A stretch of DNA of 64,000 bases from Microbotryum violaceum. Taxonomy: Eukaryota. A program made the position numbers and the translations under genes. The notes beneath the pieces were generated by a model, which was given only the letters and a program-made list of their open reading frames with translations, searched no databases and was not told where the DNA came from. The stretch's first letter is position 1. Each line of letters starts with the position of its first letter. The stretch lies in NCBI GenBank assembly GCA_001244265.2, contig CDLV01000005.1, positions 2,046,001 through 2,110,000 of the forward strand, given 5' to 3'. Below are positions 1 to 12,175 of the stretch, in pieces.

Positions 1-155
1 AGTGGAAGCGATATTCCGGCATCCGCACGGCTGGCCAGAATACGCTCAGCGACCACACGATACAAGCGGTCTGTTCCGAAGTCGTCGATGATCCCGCCAA
101 CAAGCTCAGCTTTGCAAGCCGAGTAGCCTTGAGTGGCGCCCTCAGTCGACCACAT
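1..155 (-). CDS. Possible 5' end of an unknown protein gene running off the window
   Basis: ATG at 155 opens a stop-free frame (MWSTEGATQGYSACKAELVGGIIDDFGTDRLYRVVAERIL...) to the window edge, preceded by a pyrimidine-rich leader. No recognisable motif. Confidence 0.3.
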   Translation of the reverse strand, partial: MWSTEGATQGYSACKAELVGGIIDDFGTDRLYRVVAERILASRADAGISLP

Positions 156-722
156 GCTGAACTTGGACTGGCGAACGATCCACGGAGAGAACACAGGACG
201 CAGTCCAGGAGATGAGTTATAATTCGGGAAAGGCGAGGAAGAAGAAGAAGAAGAAGACGAAGACGAACAAAGAGTTGTGCAGTTCTGCCGGAGAGGAGAC
301 GATGTCCGTGCGCGCTGTGACCACGAGCGAAAAGGGGACGGTGCGTCGAGCGGCCGCAAGTCCGACAACCGGGGAGATCATTAGATCGACGACAGTCCGC
401 TACTTGCGATCTATGGAGATTGGTCTTGAGGTTTGGTGTGCAACCAAGTCTCGTGGCGTGACCGTCGTAGCGATCCTTGAGTAGCAGATCGAGGACGGCT
501 CATGTAAGCAACGCGCTATCGAACAAGCTCAGTCTGGAGGATTCGACGTGCGCAAGGGGACGCGGGCGCGACTTGGGGTTGAAACGGAGTGGACCACCCA
601 TCGGTGGGTTTTTTTCAAACTTGTATAACCCGGACTCCCGTAAATTGCCATACGGGCTCATAGGGCAAAGGCTCCCCCTTATGCTTTTCATAATCGGAAT
701 TAGGTTAATCCCGCGAATAGCA

Positions 723-1045
723 GGGCACTTTGGTTCCGAAAATGGCAACTCTGGTCCCAATCGGAGGCGACTCTGGTCCCACATCGGAGGCGACTTTGGG
801 ATCACATCGGAGCGGACTTTGGACATCCGAGGTCATTCTTGTACCACGTTCATGGGGACTTTGGTACCACATAGTATAGACGCCTGTATCTCTTGCAATG
901 TGTGATGTATCACTTTGGGAACAGTAGTTTGATGCATGTATAGGTCTATAGTACTTCTGGCCGGTGAGACGAAGCGGACGAAGCAGTAGCTACTACATCG
1001 ATATTCTGCCCCGCCTGGCCTCTCCGCGCCCGTGGTGTCAGCGGT
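723..1045 (+). repeat. Left inverted-repeat arm with about 7 degenerate 22-23 bp units (GGCGACTCTGGTCCCACATCGGA)
   Basis: Reverse complement aligns to 18042-18480, e.g. GCCTGTATCTCTTGCAAT, GGTCTATAGTACTTCTGG, CTCCGCGCCCGT. Confidence 0.9.
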
Positions 1046-4000
1046 CCGGCGCCCGAACCGCCAAGGCCGACACTCCCGAACGTGATTGCGCCGACTCGGA
1101 TTAGACCAGAATTGGCACCGGTCCCTCGCTTCTCTCATCCATGAAGAACAATTCATAGAGATCGAACGAAGATACAGATTCTACTAAGTCACGCTTCGAC
1201 ATCGGAGGACTTTTGCTTGTATGATCATTGCAGTTGAACGATATTTAAACGTATTCACATGTAAAAACTTGGCTCGCTTTACCTCTCCTTTTCTTAGTGC
1301 AGCTGCTCAAAGTGAACAAACCAGTTGTCAGCTCTTTCTTGGTATGATGAAACACTAGACTGTACCTACTTCGAGCATGGATGACCTAGATCACACTTCA
1401 ACTTTCGGTCTCGACATTGCGAGCAAGCTTTCCGCCGACTGGAGCTCGGGTCACGCTTTCCGCTGCCGAATGACGCCGCTTGCTGGGAGTAACAACAGCG
1501 GAAGGGCTACTCTCTTGAGGAACCGCAGAGTACTTGCATTTCTTTGGTAGGTGTTCGATATCGCGCGTGGCGAATACTGGCGAAAATGAAGGAAAGGCGA
1601 GCGTTGGTCGGTTTAGGGGCGAATCGGATTGGTCCGATGCAAGACGAGTTCGTGCTGTCGACATGTTGTTTCCTTGTACAGATCCCACGTGTGACAAACC
1701 GCCAGGTTGTGGGTGCTGGATAATGACTGTGTCAGCAGAGGACGAAACATTTCTTGCAAGTCTCGACCCCTCGAAAGTTACGGATCTCGTAGACACAGGG
1801 GTGGAAACTAGAGCGGCGCAGACACGAAGAGAGGAAGGATCATTGAGTGACAATCTGGAATCAAGGGCACGAGCAAAGCCAAGAAGTTGCTTTTTCTGTC
1901 CTGGAACTTACTGTGATGTTGTGAGACTTCTTCCGCGTCGTCACTGCTGTAGCCTGCGCACGAAACAATGGCCGGGTGATGAGATCAGGGGTGAGTCATT
2001 CCGAAACAACAAGGGACATGAGGAGGAGGAGAAGAGCAGAGCTCCTTAAGACAATAGAGCATGCAGGAGCTTCAATATCCTATTCGAACTCACCGAAGTG
2101 ATCTCCAGGCTGTGTATTGCCATGAGGCTTCCTGCTATCCATTGTGTTGTCTGGATCACGAGTAGCACACGAGACGGTTGGAGACTCCGGCGAGCCCGAA
2201 AACCAAGACGAGCTCATGTCGCATCGTAAACGAGAGTGCAGGGTGACATCCAACAGATAGTCTCGAAGCTCCGAATAAAATCTTCCCGGCTCAACCTGTG
2301 GGCCCCAGCTCCAATCGGGTTCCATTTTGGCGACTGCTGCGCATACCAGGGTTTCCATCGCTCGGCACACGAACGCCCCACACGCGTTGCCATCAGTCTG
2401 TTGAGGATATGAATCCGGTTGAGGATGATCGCCGGCCTTCGCCGCTTTGACAATCAATCGCTTCCAATTTCTGTACGGGACCGTCGGTCGATCGATGCCT
2501 CCAGTGATGCGCTCTATCGGTCCTTCTGCACGAGTTTCCAAGAAAGTGATGATTGACTGGCAGGCAGAAAGGGCGAATGACGTCAGCAGCTGCGCAGAGT
2601 TTGAGCGCCTTTGAAAGTGCTTTGTGATGGTCATGGGGATGAACTCACATCGAGACTTTCGTTTGCCTCCTTGCGCATGTTCTCCCTGCCAAAAAGAGAG
2701 TCGTACACCCGAAATGTACAATCCGAAAGGCGTGCCTCGACAAGTATCCAATGATTGGTGACATGAGTTGGGAAGAGTAGAACTGGTGTTCGAGAAAGGA
2801 TAATCTGGTAAAGGGGCAACGCAAACAAAGAGGCAGGCCTCCTGTCAATAATGATAGAAAGATATGCTCGCGAACTCCCATCCGAACTCACCCCCTGCTG
2901 CCGCTCGGTTGGTCGAGTGCCTCCAATTCCCTTGGCGCACTTTCCTCCTTCGAAATAGAATGCGTAGCATGTTGGTTCAAGGTCAAGAACCTCTTTTGAC
3001 CGACCATTGAAAGGCAATTGGCCTTGGAACCGATTGATAGCGCTGCTGAAAGCATCGATGTGCGAAGCCCTCAACCACAAATTGGCGTTGGCCATTTCGC
3101 GCAAGGAGCTCAAGTTCAGGCCTGGTGCGTGGTCGCCGGCGTGAATGTCAAGGAATACGTCTCAATCAACCTTCTGAACCTCGTTGGGAATACGCTTGAT
3201 AATGTCCTTGACGGCGGAAACATTGCTTCGGCGCTCCTCCGGCTGAACTGTATCGTAGATGTCGAGTGGAAGACGTCCTTCTTGTAACGGCGCGAGCTGG
3301 CATGGTGGCCTCTTGTCGTCGCTCAGCTCTTCGATATCTATGACTTCGGGAATGGCCGCCATTCGCTTGGCAGCCGCGTGATCTTTGGTCGAGGATAAGC
3401 TGTTGGAAAATTTCGTCTCACGTGGGCGTCCACGGGTCTTCCCAAACTGAGTGGTTCCGTTCTCAAAGATGGTGTGTTTGGAAGTTTTTGGACGAAGTTG
3501 ATCAGGATTGAGCTTGTCGCGTATCAAACGTCTAATTGCTGCCGTTGCTTTGCCATCGACTCTCCCCGAGTGCTCGAGCGTGACCCCTGAATTTGACTTC
3601 GATTTTGAGAGTTTCGGTTTGGCTGTCTTCTTGCTACGATGGGGTTGCAATGGCCGATTCCTGGCTGATCTGCCTGTGTGACAGAACAAGACCAGATTGG
3701 AACGGAAGTCTCCGTTCCGGCAAGGCGTTCAGACATTGCTCACCTTTGACAGTTGATCAGTTGGGCTGAAATTCAGCAACATCGGCTATATTGGCAGCGC
3801 GTTCGTCCTCGTCCTCCACGTCCGAATCCACCTCGTCGCGTTCGTCGAGTTCGTCCTCTGACAAGGGCTCGTCTGGCTCGTTGTCGCCCTCCAAAGCCGA
3901 TGGCATTTTAGAGTCCAATACTTTGTCGACCAAGGCTTCGACGGAGGCGTCTTGGAGCTTGCTTGATTTTGTTCCGTCCCGCATGTCCGACATTGCTTTT

Positions 4001-5155
4001 GCCGCTGCTGCTGCTGCCATGATGCGGTCTGCAAGAGAAATCCCACACCAATTGTCAGATTGTAGGCTTGTGAAGCCGCTACGAGGGTGATCAAAGCTTT
4101 CGGACGCACTCATCGCTGTGTGGTAGTCGCCATTGTGAACCAGCAGATCGCACGCCCAAAGATGAGCGCATTTATTTCCTGTTTGCTTGAATGCGCGACA
4201 AGGACAATAAGGTAACGCAGAAAAGATGCGAGCGCGGAAGTAAAGCCTTCCGATAGGTGAGGGTGCACAACGCCGAGAAGTCAGGACCACAATGTAGAGC
4301 GAGTGATAATAAGTATTCCAGTAACTAACCTTCCGATAGGTGAGGGTGCACGACGCCGAGAAGTCAGGACCACAATGTAGAGCGAGTGATGAGAAAGCTA
4401 TCAAGAGTAAACAGCCGCGCTGGAAGAAAGCCCCGCGCGCTCCCTAACTTAAACAGATCAAACTACAATACCAAAGTGACTAATGACTAAACGCACGCGC
4501 ATCCGCGCAGATACCACAGGCACAGACACATATCAAACGACACTCCCCCATGCCAAGGTAGCCAGCGAGACCATCCCGAGTCCCTCGCGATGCGTAGCGA
4601 ACTTGAGTTTGGGCAGGGGTTTCGTGAAAATGTCGGCCGTGTTCAGATTGGTCGGACAGTAGCGGAGATCGATATTGCCAACCTCGATTCGTTCGCGTAG
4701 ATAGAAATGATGCACATTCCAATGGCGTGTACGACCTCGAGCTCCGGGATTCTTCGCCAAATCGATGCAAGGTTGGTTGTCCTCATGCAGAACAGTAGAT
4801 TGACCTTGATTGATGCGAAGTTCGGACGCCAGGTTGCGAAGACCGATAGCCTCCTTTGCTGCGGTTGAAGCAGCCAGAGTCTCAGACTCTGCTGTAGAAG
4901 AAGCGACCATCGTTTGTTGCTTCGACTTCCAGGAAATGGCAGCGCCAGCCATAATGACGACATACGCTCCCACAGATCTTCCGTTGTCGTGATCGCAACC
5001 AAACAACGCGTCACTGTACACCTCGAATTTGGTAGAACCGCCTACGCGGTAGAGTAGCCCATAGTCGACGGTGTCAGAAAGATAGCGAAAGATTCGCTTG
5101 ACGCAGATCCAGTCTCCTTCGGTTGGAGCAGCCACGCACTTCGCCACCGCACGAA

Positions 5156-6053
5156 CACCAGTCTAAGTACATTAGAGGCTTACTCGAGCACTACACGTTC
5201 GAAAGCAAGTCGAAGAAGCCGGTCGCGACTCCAATGGAGGATCGCGTCGTTTCGTCTTCTACTGCTCCGTTCGCCGACATTCTCGTTTATCAATCGGCTG
5301 TGGGAGCGCTTCAATATGCTGCGCAACGTGTTCGTCCCGATATCGCGACTGCTGTTCGTGCGGTGGCGAAGTGCGTGGCTGCTCCAACCGAAGGAGACTG
5401 GATCTGCGTCAAGCGAATCTTTCGCTATCTTTCTGACACCATCGACTATGGGCTACTCTACCGCGTAGGCGGTTCTACCAAATTCGAGGTGTACAGTGAC
5501 GCGTCGTTTGGTTGCGATCACGACAACGGAAGATCTGTGGGAGCGTATGTCGTCATTATGGCTGGCGCTGCCATTTCCTGGAAGTCGAAGCAACAAACGA
5601 TGGTCGCTTCTTCTACAGCAGAGTCTGAGACTCTGGCTGCTTCAACCGCAGCAAAGGAGGCTATCGGTCTTTGCAACCTGGCGTCCGAACTTCGCATCAA
5701 TCAAGGTCAATCTACTGTTCTGCACGAGGACAACCAACCTTGCATCGATTTGGCGAAGAATCCCGGAGCTCGAGGTCGTACACGCCATTGGAATGTGCAT
5801 CATTTCTATCTACGCGAACGAATCGAGGTTGGCGATATTGATCTCCGCTACTGTCCGACCAATCTGAACACGGCCGACATTTTCACGAAACCCCTGCCAA
5901 ACTCAAGTTCGCTACGCATCGCGAGGGACTCGGGATGGTCTCGCTGGCTACCTTGGCATGGGGGAGTGTCGTTTGATATGTGTCTGTGCCTGTGGTATCT
6001 GCGCGGATGCGCGTGCGTTTAGTCATTAGTCACTTTGGTATTGTAGTTTGATC
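5156..6053 (+). repeat. Inverted segment of Copia 1: RT C-terminus, RNase H, PPT and first 87 nt of the LTR
   Basis: 5353-6053 is the reverse complement of 4456-5157. Encodes [22 protein letters not shown] start TGTCGTTTGA at 5967. Confidence 0.95.
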
Positions 6054-9000
6054 CCAAGTCGTTGAGCGAAGCCTTGGATAACGAGCCGAGCCTTGTAGCT
6101 GATGATATTGCCTTCAGCGTCTTCTTTGCGAGTGAACACCCAACGATAGCCCAGGGCGCGAGCCCCGGTGGGTAGCCTCGTAAGCTTGAAGACCTTGTGC
6201 AATTTGAATGAGCCCAACTCCTTTTCAGAAGCGGCCATCCAGTGTTTGGCCTCAGGAGAGGCCATCGCCTCCACAAAATTCTTGGGAAGCGGGGGTGACG
6301 AGACAAAACCATAGCAATGAGCTCTGGTGGATGACGGTAGACCGAGCGAGTAGACACGACACGAAGGGCGCCTGTGTGATGCTGAGCACGCAGGCGAGTC
6401 GGTAAAATGTTACCTGCATCGACGTTCTCGAGCGCACCAGGGTTGCGGCCGACACGGTAAGGTCGATACTCGTAACCATCCTCAGGAGGTAATGGTTGAT
6501 CGTGTTCCGCAGGGCTGTCGTCGTCGTCACTGCCGATAGCCTCAACAGCTTCCTCACGTTGATGATCGATCGGGTCCTCTTCAACTTCAGCGTCTTCGGC
6601 CAATGGACCGACAGCCGGGAAAGGAGGAGGAGCAACGTCGTCATCGTCCATATGTTGGAAACGAGGAAGAGGAGCGGGAGCTGGCCGAAAAGCCGGACCA
6701 AGCTCGGGTACGAGCGCAGGCCGTAAAGCCGGAACTTCTGCCTCGGGAAAGAGCGCAGGCTGAAAAGCCAAACCTGCCTCGGGTAGGGGAGCAGGCCGTA
6801 AAGCCGGAATCTGCTCCAAGCCAGGAAACGGTAGTTGGTGTACTAACTCGTGTTCCTGTAGAGGTTCAACTTCGTAGATGCGAGGCTCGACAGCCGAGTC
6901 CGCAATCGAAGGAGCCTTGTCGGAGAAGGTGACATCGGAAGAGACGACGATCTTGAAAGACCGACCGTGTTCGACGCGAACCTTGTAGTTGTACTCCCCG
7001 AATAGCCGAGGAAAGTACCCTTGACAGTATGGTCATCGAGCTTCTTACGAATCGCCTTGGGGACGAGAACGTAGGCAGTAGATCCGAACGCGCGAAGATG
7101 CGAAACGTCGGGTTGCTTGCCAAAGAAGACCTCGAACGCAGTCTTGCCCTTGAGATGTGGGTGAGGACCGCGGTTGGAAACGAAAACAGCCGCTTCCAAT
7201 GCGTAGAACCAATACTTCTTGGGAAGTCCGGAGTCCTTGAGCATGGCACGGACGAGCGCGAAGAGAGAGCCGTTCGCGCGCTCCACTTGACCATTCTGCT
7301 GCGGCGTGTAGCGTGCAGCCAGTTCATGGGTGATGCCAAGTGCCTTGAATTCGCCGCCAAGGAGTTGGTTGACGAACTCGCCTCCATTGTCAGAACGAAC
7401 AAACTTGATCTTCTGACCGGACTGCCTCTCGACCTGCGCTTGAAAGCCGCGCCAGACCTCGAGGACTTCAGATGCCGACTTTGAACCAAGTGGAAAAGCC
7501 CACTTATAGGTTGAAAGTTGGTCGACGATAACCATGTAGATGGATCGTCCATTGGTATCGTCATCGTTGACGAATCCCAGATCAATCGAAACCCGTTGAA
7601 GAACAAGTTCGGGTTTTCGACTGACATGATTGTGAGAGCCCGCGCGCGCCTTCGCGATAATGCACGGCTCACAGTCTTCAATCTTCTTGTCGAGTAAACG
7701 AATTCCAACGATAGCCTTGGATTTGACGAGTTGAAGAATTGAAGAGGGTGCCATGTGTCCGAAGTTCCGATGCCATTCCATGAGCGAAGCTCCAACGGAA
7801 GCACGGGTAGATGCGACGAGCACAGGCGAGGGTGGAGAGACAATCTCAAAATCGAAGACGTAACTTGGTTGTTTGGCCTTCGTCTTGACAGTTTCGGCGA
7901 CGAGAGAGCCGTCAAGCCAAACCTGTTGAGTATCTCCCCCATGGCCATAAACCAATTTCGCGCCTCCAGCGCGGAGCGACGACATTGAGATTAGACCATA
8001 CCTCGATCCAGGGAGGTAGTACATCTCCTTGAATTTGAGAAGGTGACCTTGCGAAGTCTTAACAGACATTCGCCCGTATCCAATGGCTTGACCAAGCGAG
8101 TTGTCGGCCATCTGGACTTGAATCGGGGATTCCTTAAAATCCGAGAGCAGCGAGCGATCGCCAACAAAGTGGTGACCAGCTCCGGTATCCGCGATCCAAA
8201 TGGAGTCGGTATCGGGAGCTCTCGAGGAAGAACCAGCAAGGTAAAGGGAATGGGAGTTCATTGCAACCAACGCGGGGGCTGCAGATGACTTTGAACGGTT
8301 TTCCGGGCACACTGCATCGCTAGACCAGTGTCCCTTCGCTCCACACGCATGACAGGTAGAATCGGGAGGACGGCGATTTCCTTGACCGTCGCGATTGCCT
8401 TTCTTGTGACCTCTTTTGCGACGCGGTCCCTTTTGCGATTCGCCTTGCGCAACGAGCGCAGGAACAGGCGACTGAGCAATGGCGCGTCCGGAAGTCGTGG
8501 CAGATAGTCCATTGATTCGACTTGCCAGCGAGACTTTGAACTGGTAAGACCGTGCCTCGGAAACAATCTCCGAAGGTAGAGCCAGAGGTCGACGCAGTGA
8601 GCTTGTGAACGACTCGTGTTGCGAGTCGAAGACGGAATCGAGCATCAGCGTCGATTGCTGAGCTGGTGGCATCCCAGAGCCACACGCCTCAAGATCTTGC
8701 AAAATTCCATGAATGGTGATCAAGTGGTGCAGTAACTGCCCACGATCGCCAGACGAGAACTTGCGCGAATAGAGCTCAGTCGTCAAGGCGGAAATCTGAG
8801 CGCTCATCGTTCCGAGGTAGAACGTGTTCAGCGAGTCGAGTATGTCGTAAGACGTGTAACAACCCCTGACCAAGCGAAGATTGGCCTCATCGAGAAACTG
8901 AATGATTTCAGCTTGAGTTCGAACCTCCTTCTTTAGCTCCTTGGCGATCTTCGCGTCCATAGCTGCGAAGTCGAGCCGCTCGAGGGGCGAGTGGAAGCCA

Positions 9001-9266
9001 CGCGATCGATCGTCGATTGCGGCTTGGAGAACAGCCTCCGCAGCCGGGCTCATCCGCCTCGAGGCGCAAAGATGCAAATCCTTGGACCCAAGACGACCAA
9101 TCAGACGTCGACGCCAATCCATATAGTTGGCTGCCCGAAGAATTGGGACATGTAATCCACGTTCACTCGTTTCGGTAGAGTGTGTTTCGGTGTCCATTCC
9201 GATGTTGGTGGTGCGATGTGAATCGCTTTGCTGACCCGGGCCTCCTACGCTACCCGTTGGACTCAT
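6050..9266 (-). pseudogene. Copia 1 gag-pol from gag to RT N-terminus, frameshifted and broken at 6050
   Basis: [56 protein letters not shown]. Frameshifts near 6995 and 6290. The RT core with YVDD is absent. Confidence 0.93.
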
Positions 9267-12175
9267 AACCTAACGCAGAAAAGATGCGAGCGCGGAAGTA
9301 AAGCCTTCCGATAGGTGAGGGTGCACGACGCCGAGAAGTCAGGACCACAATGTAGAGCGAGTGATAATAAGTATTCCAGTAACTAACCTTCCGATAGGTG
9401 AGGGTGCACGACGCCGAGAAGTCAGGACCACAATGTAGAGCGAGTGATGAGAAAGCTATCAAGAGTAAACAGCCGCGCTGGAAGAAAGCCCCGCGCGCTC
9501 CCTAACTTAAACAGATCAAACTACAATACCAAAGTGACTAATGACTAAACGCACGCGCATCCGCGCAGATACCACAGGCACAGACACATATCAAACGACA
9601 TAAGGCGCGCGAGTATCGAGAGTGATTGATGAATCCATGGATCTGAGTTTGAAATCCGAAGCATACTCGCCTCAGTAAGGGCTTGGTAGCCAAGGCACTG
9701 GTACCCGTAAAACCTCACCGTAAACTAAGCACCCACTGGCCCTCCTTTTCGGTAGGGCGGAACTGTCCAAGCTCCCAGATGTCCATCGAATTTGCCAGAG
9801 TATCTCGAAGAACATGATCCGGTTTTGCATTCGATACGTCCTTCCAAATGTCATAAACTAGAGCATTGTCGGGTAAGACCACAACGAGATTGTCGATTCT
9901 AGCAGGTGCAGAGCGCAAGCAGAATTGTCAGCTCTTCCGTCGAGATTCGCTCCTTGAGTCCTGTGCTACGCAATACCTCTTGTTGGCTCGGCCGTGGAGA
10001 TGCTCTTGCTGGATGGTCTTGAAGGCTCGTTCAGTCACGTTGTTGGTGTTGATGGTTTCCCGTGAAACGCCAAGGGGTAAACCATCGTTTGTGTATGTTT
10101 CTTCAGGATTGTGGAAATGCGTGAGCCAAAAAAACTGTGAGAGAACACGTAAAGAAGGAATCAGTAAGACTCACCGATCCACTCTTGTACGAACCAGTTG
10201 ACATTGAAATACGCCCGAAAGTTATCCTTCTTTGCTTGTAATTGTTCTTCTTCTCGGCTGTTGCAACCCAGTTCCGACTTCTTGGTGACGTCTGATTTGT
10301 TTGCTGCTGGCTTGCGACGACTTCGGAACTCTTTGTCGATCCATGCGTCCGATTTTTCAAAGAACGCCCGCTTCTTCCCTTCGATTTCAGCCGAGCGCCG
10401 AGCTGTCGCCTCGGCATCTGTTTCATGCTCGGTGCGTATGAAACGAAAGCGCTGGATGATGGATCGAAATTTGTACAAAATGTTGATCAACGTCTTGCGA
10501 GCAATCCGAGAAGGCTTGAGGGTGTTGCCCCTTTCGCCGTCATTCCTGTCACTCGACCACCGAATAATGGCCTGAACCACGTGGAATTGGCAAAGGCGTA
10601 TGTGAAAGTTGAGGTTGTGCTTTTCTTTCCCTATAGTAACGTAGATGCAGAAGACGGCGATCATCAGGAATTCAAAATCGTGAGAGCAGTCTGCACATCT
10701 CATATAGTAGCCCTAGCAAGCAGCGGCGCTTACAGAGTGTCAAGGCGTTGAGCTCAGTCCGACATTTGTCGATCATGAAATTTGGTGGTTGCCACTGATT
10801 TTCCAAGATGAATTCGGCATTTTGGAGAAGATTTGGCAACCTGGGGGACGAGCCGGGTAGATTGGGCCCATTCTCACGAGCTTCTGAAGTACGCATGCAA
10901 ATCGTCGACGGTACGGAAGGGCGTGAGCGACTCCTCTCAAAACTGTCGTGACGCGCAGCACACCCTGGTCAACCCATCTTACAACGCACTCCTTACAAGG
11001 ATCGCGGCGCGCTCCTCGACCAGCCTCTTTACCGTGTCCAAGTAGATGACGAGAGTATCTGCCTTCACATCACTGGAAAGAAGCATAGGACCTGAAGAAG
11101 ACAAAACATAAGCGATGAAATGAGTCTTTGTACTCGTCCGGACCTTCCTTTCAAGTGCTTCCCGGGCTCTCACCTAGCGCAAGTTTGTCTTTCAAGCCAG
11201 TCGCGACGAGGGCGGTGAGGGGGGCGCGGTTCTCGTTCAGGTATCGCCAGCTTGAGTCAAGTCCAACAAACCGCGACCAATCGCCTGAATCGTTCCCAAC
11301 TGTGGCGAAGGAAATCAACACGTCGATGGAGTGGAGGGAGGCAAGGACGCAGATCAACGGCTGCTTCGTTTTTTCATTAAAAGGTTGAAAGCTGACAAGG
11401 GTAAATACCTCCGCCGCTTGTTAGCTCATCAGATCGGCAAGCAGCTTAGATCGTGATCACTCACTAGGCCACTCCGCTTGTCTTGGGCTCCGTTGCATTT
11501 TGAAGGGTGAACGGTCTCAGCTCAGCCGTGCGAGCTAGCGAGTACAAGGCGGATCCATGCTGCGCGTTCTGTCGACCTTTTGCCCTGAACATATTGCGCA
11601 GCTGCTTTGCGCCGACTTTCCTGTACTGCGGGAGAATGATCTCGTTCTGTTTCTCCCAAACCGACATCCGCTGGTTCATATCTGTGAAATGATCGAGTCC
11701 ATCATCGAGAAAGGAACTGATGGTCAGTCTTGAGAAGTGAAAACTTCTTGTGCAAACTTGGAGCACACACTCACTTTGAAATGCAAGCGTGGGCGTGTTG
11801 GCCTGCCGAAAGACTTCCTGATGCGCCAACGCACGAATGAAAGGGGCACCCTTCCTCCGCCGAGCACGGGAATGACGATGCTTATCTGCGATTCCGACAC
11901 CAACACGAGAGATCGTGGACCGCAAGAACTTATTGTCCAGGTGCGCAGTCATCGATGTCCCGATGGTCGACCCAAGTACCAAGTCGTCAGCTCGCTCCGG
12001 TACCCAACACTCTTCGCCGCAGAGGAAAATAGCTCCCACCTCAACACTCCTCTTTGCGGGTTCCACCAAGCCGGGCCGCCCATCGCCAGAAACCGAGAGC
12101 AGATCGACAATGGTGTCCAATTGCGCGAAGTACTTGCCGGTCTCGGTCTGGATGACGAAGACGAACAGGAGGACG

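Larger units (their letters stand above)
4213..9600 (-). mobile_element. Ty1/Copia LTR retrotransposon 1, internally rearranged
   Basis: 330-bp LTRs at 4213-4542 and 9271-9600 (one mismatch seen), TSD TAAGG (4208-4212 and 9601-9605), PBS GGTTATGAGTC (9270-9260), PPT TGGGGGAG (4550-4543). Domain order is gag CCHC, protease DTGA, integrase, RT, RNase H. Confidence 0.97.
2080..11845 (-). pseudogene. Spliced MULE transposase-SWIM-Ulp1 (peptidase C48-like) fusion gene, interrupted by a Copia element and nonsense changes, 5' end missing
   Basis: MULE motifs GLDSSW (about 11255), FMIDK (about 10770), LCQFH (about 10585) and TNNVTE (about 10040). SWIM CPC..CAH is restored when 4213-9600 is removed. 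Ulp1-like WLRASHI, NHW, YDSL and QQTDGNACG lie at 2380-3080. In-frame TGA at 3757 and 3162. Confidence 0.85.

Noticed and set aside
1398-2049. Second ORF inside the MULE 3' region
   Set aside because: Overlapping ORFs on both strands with no motifs.
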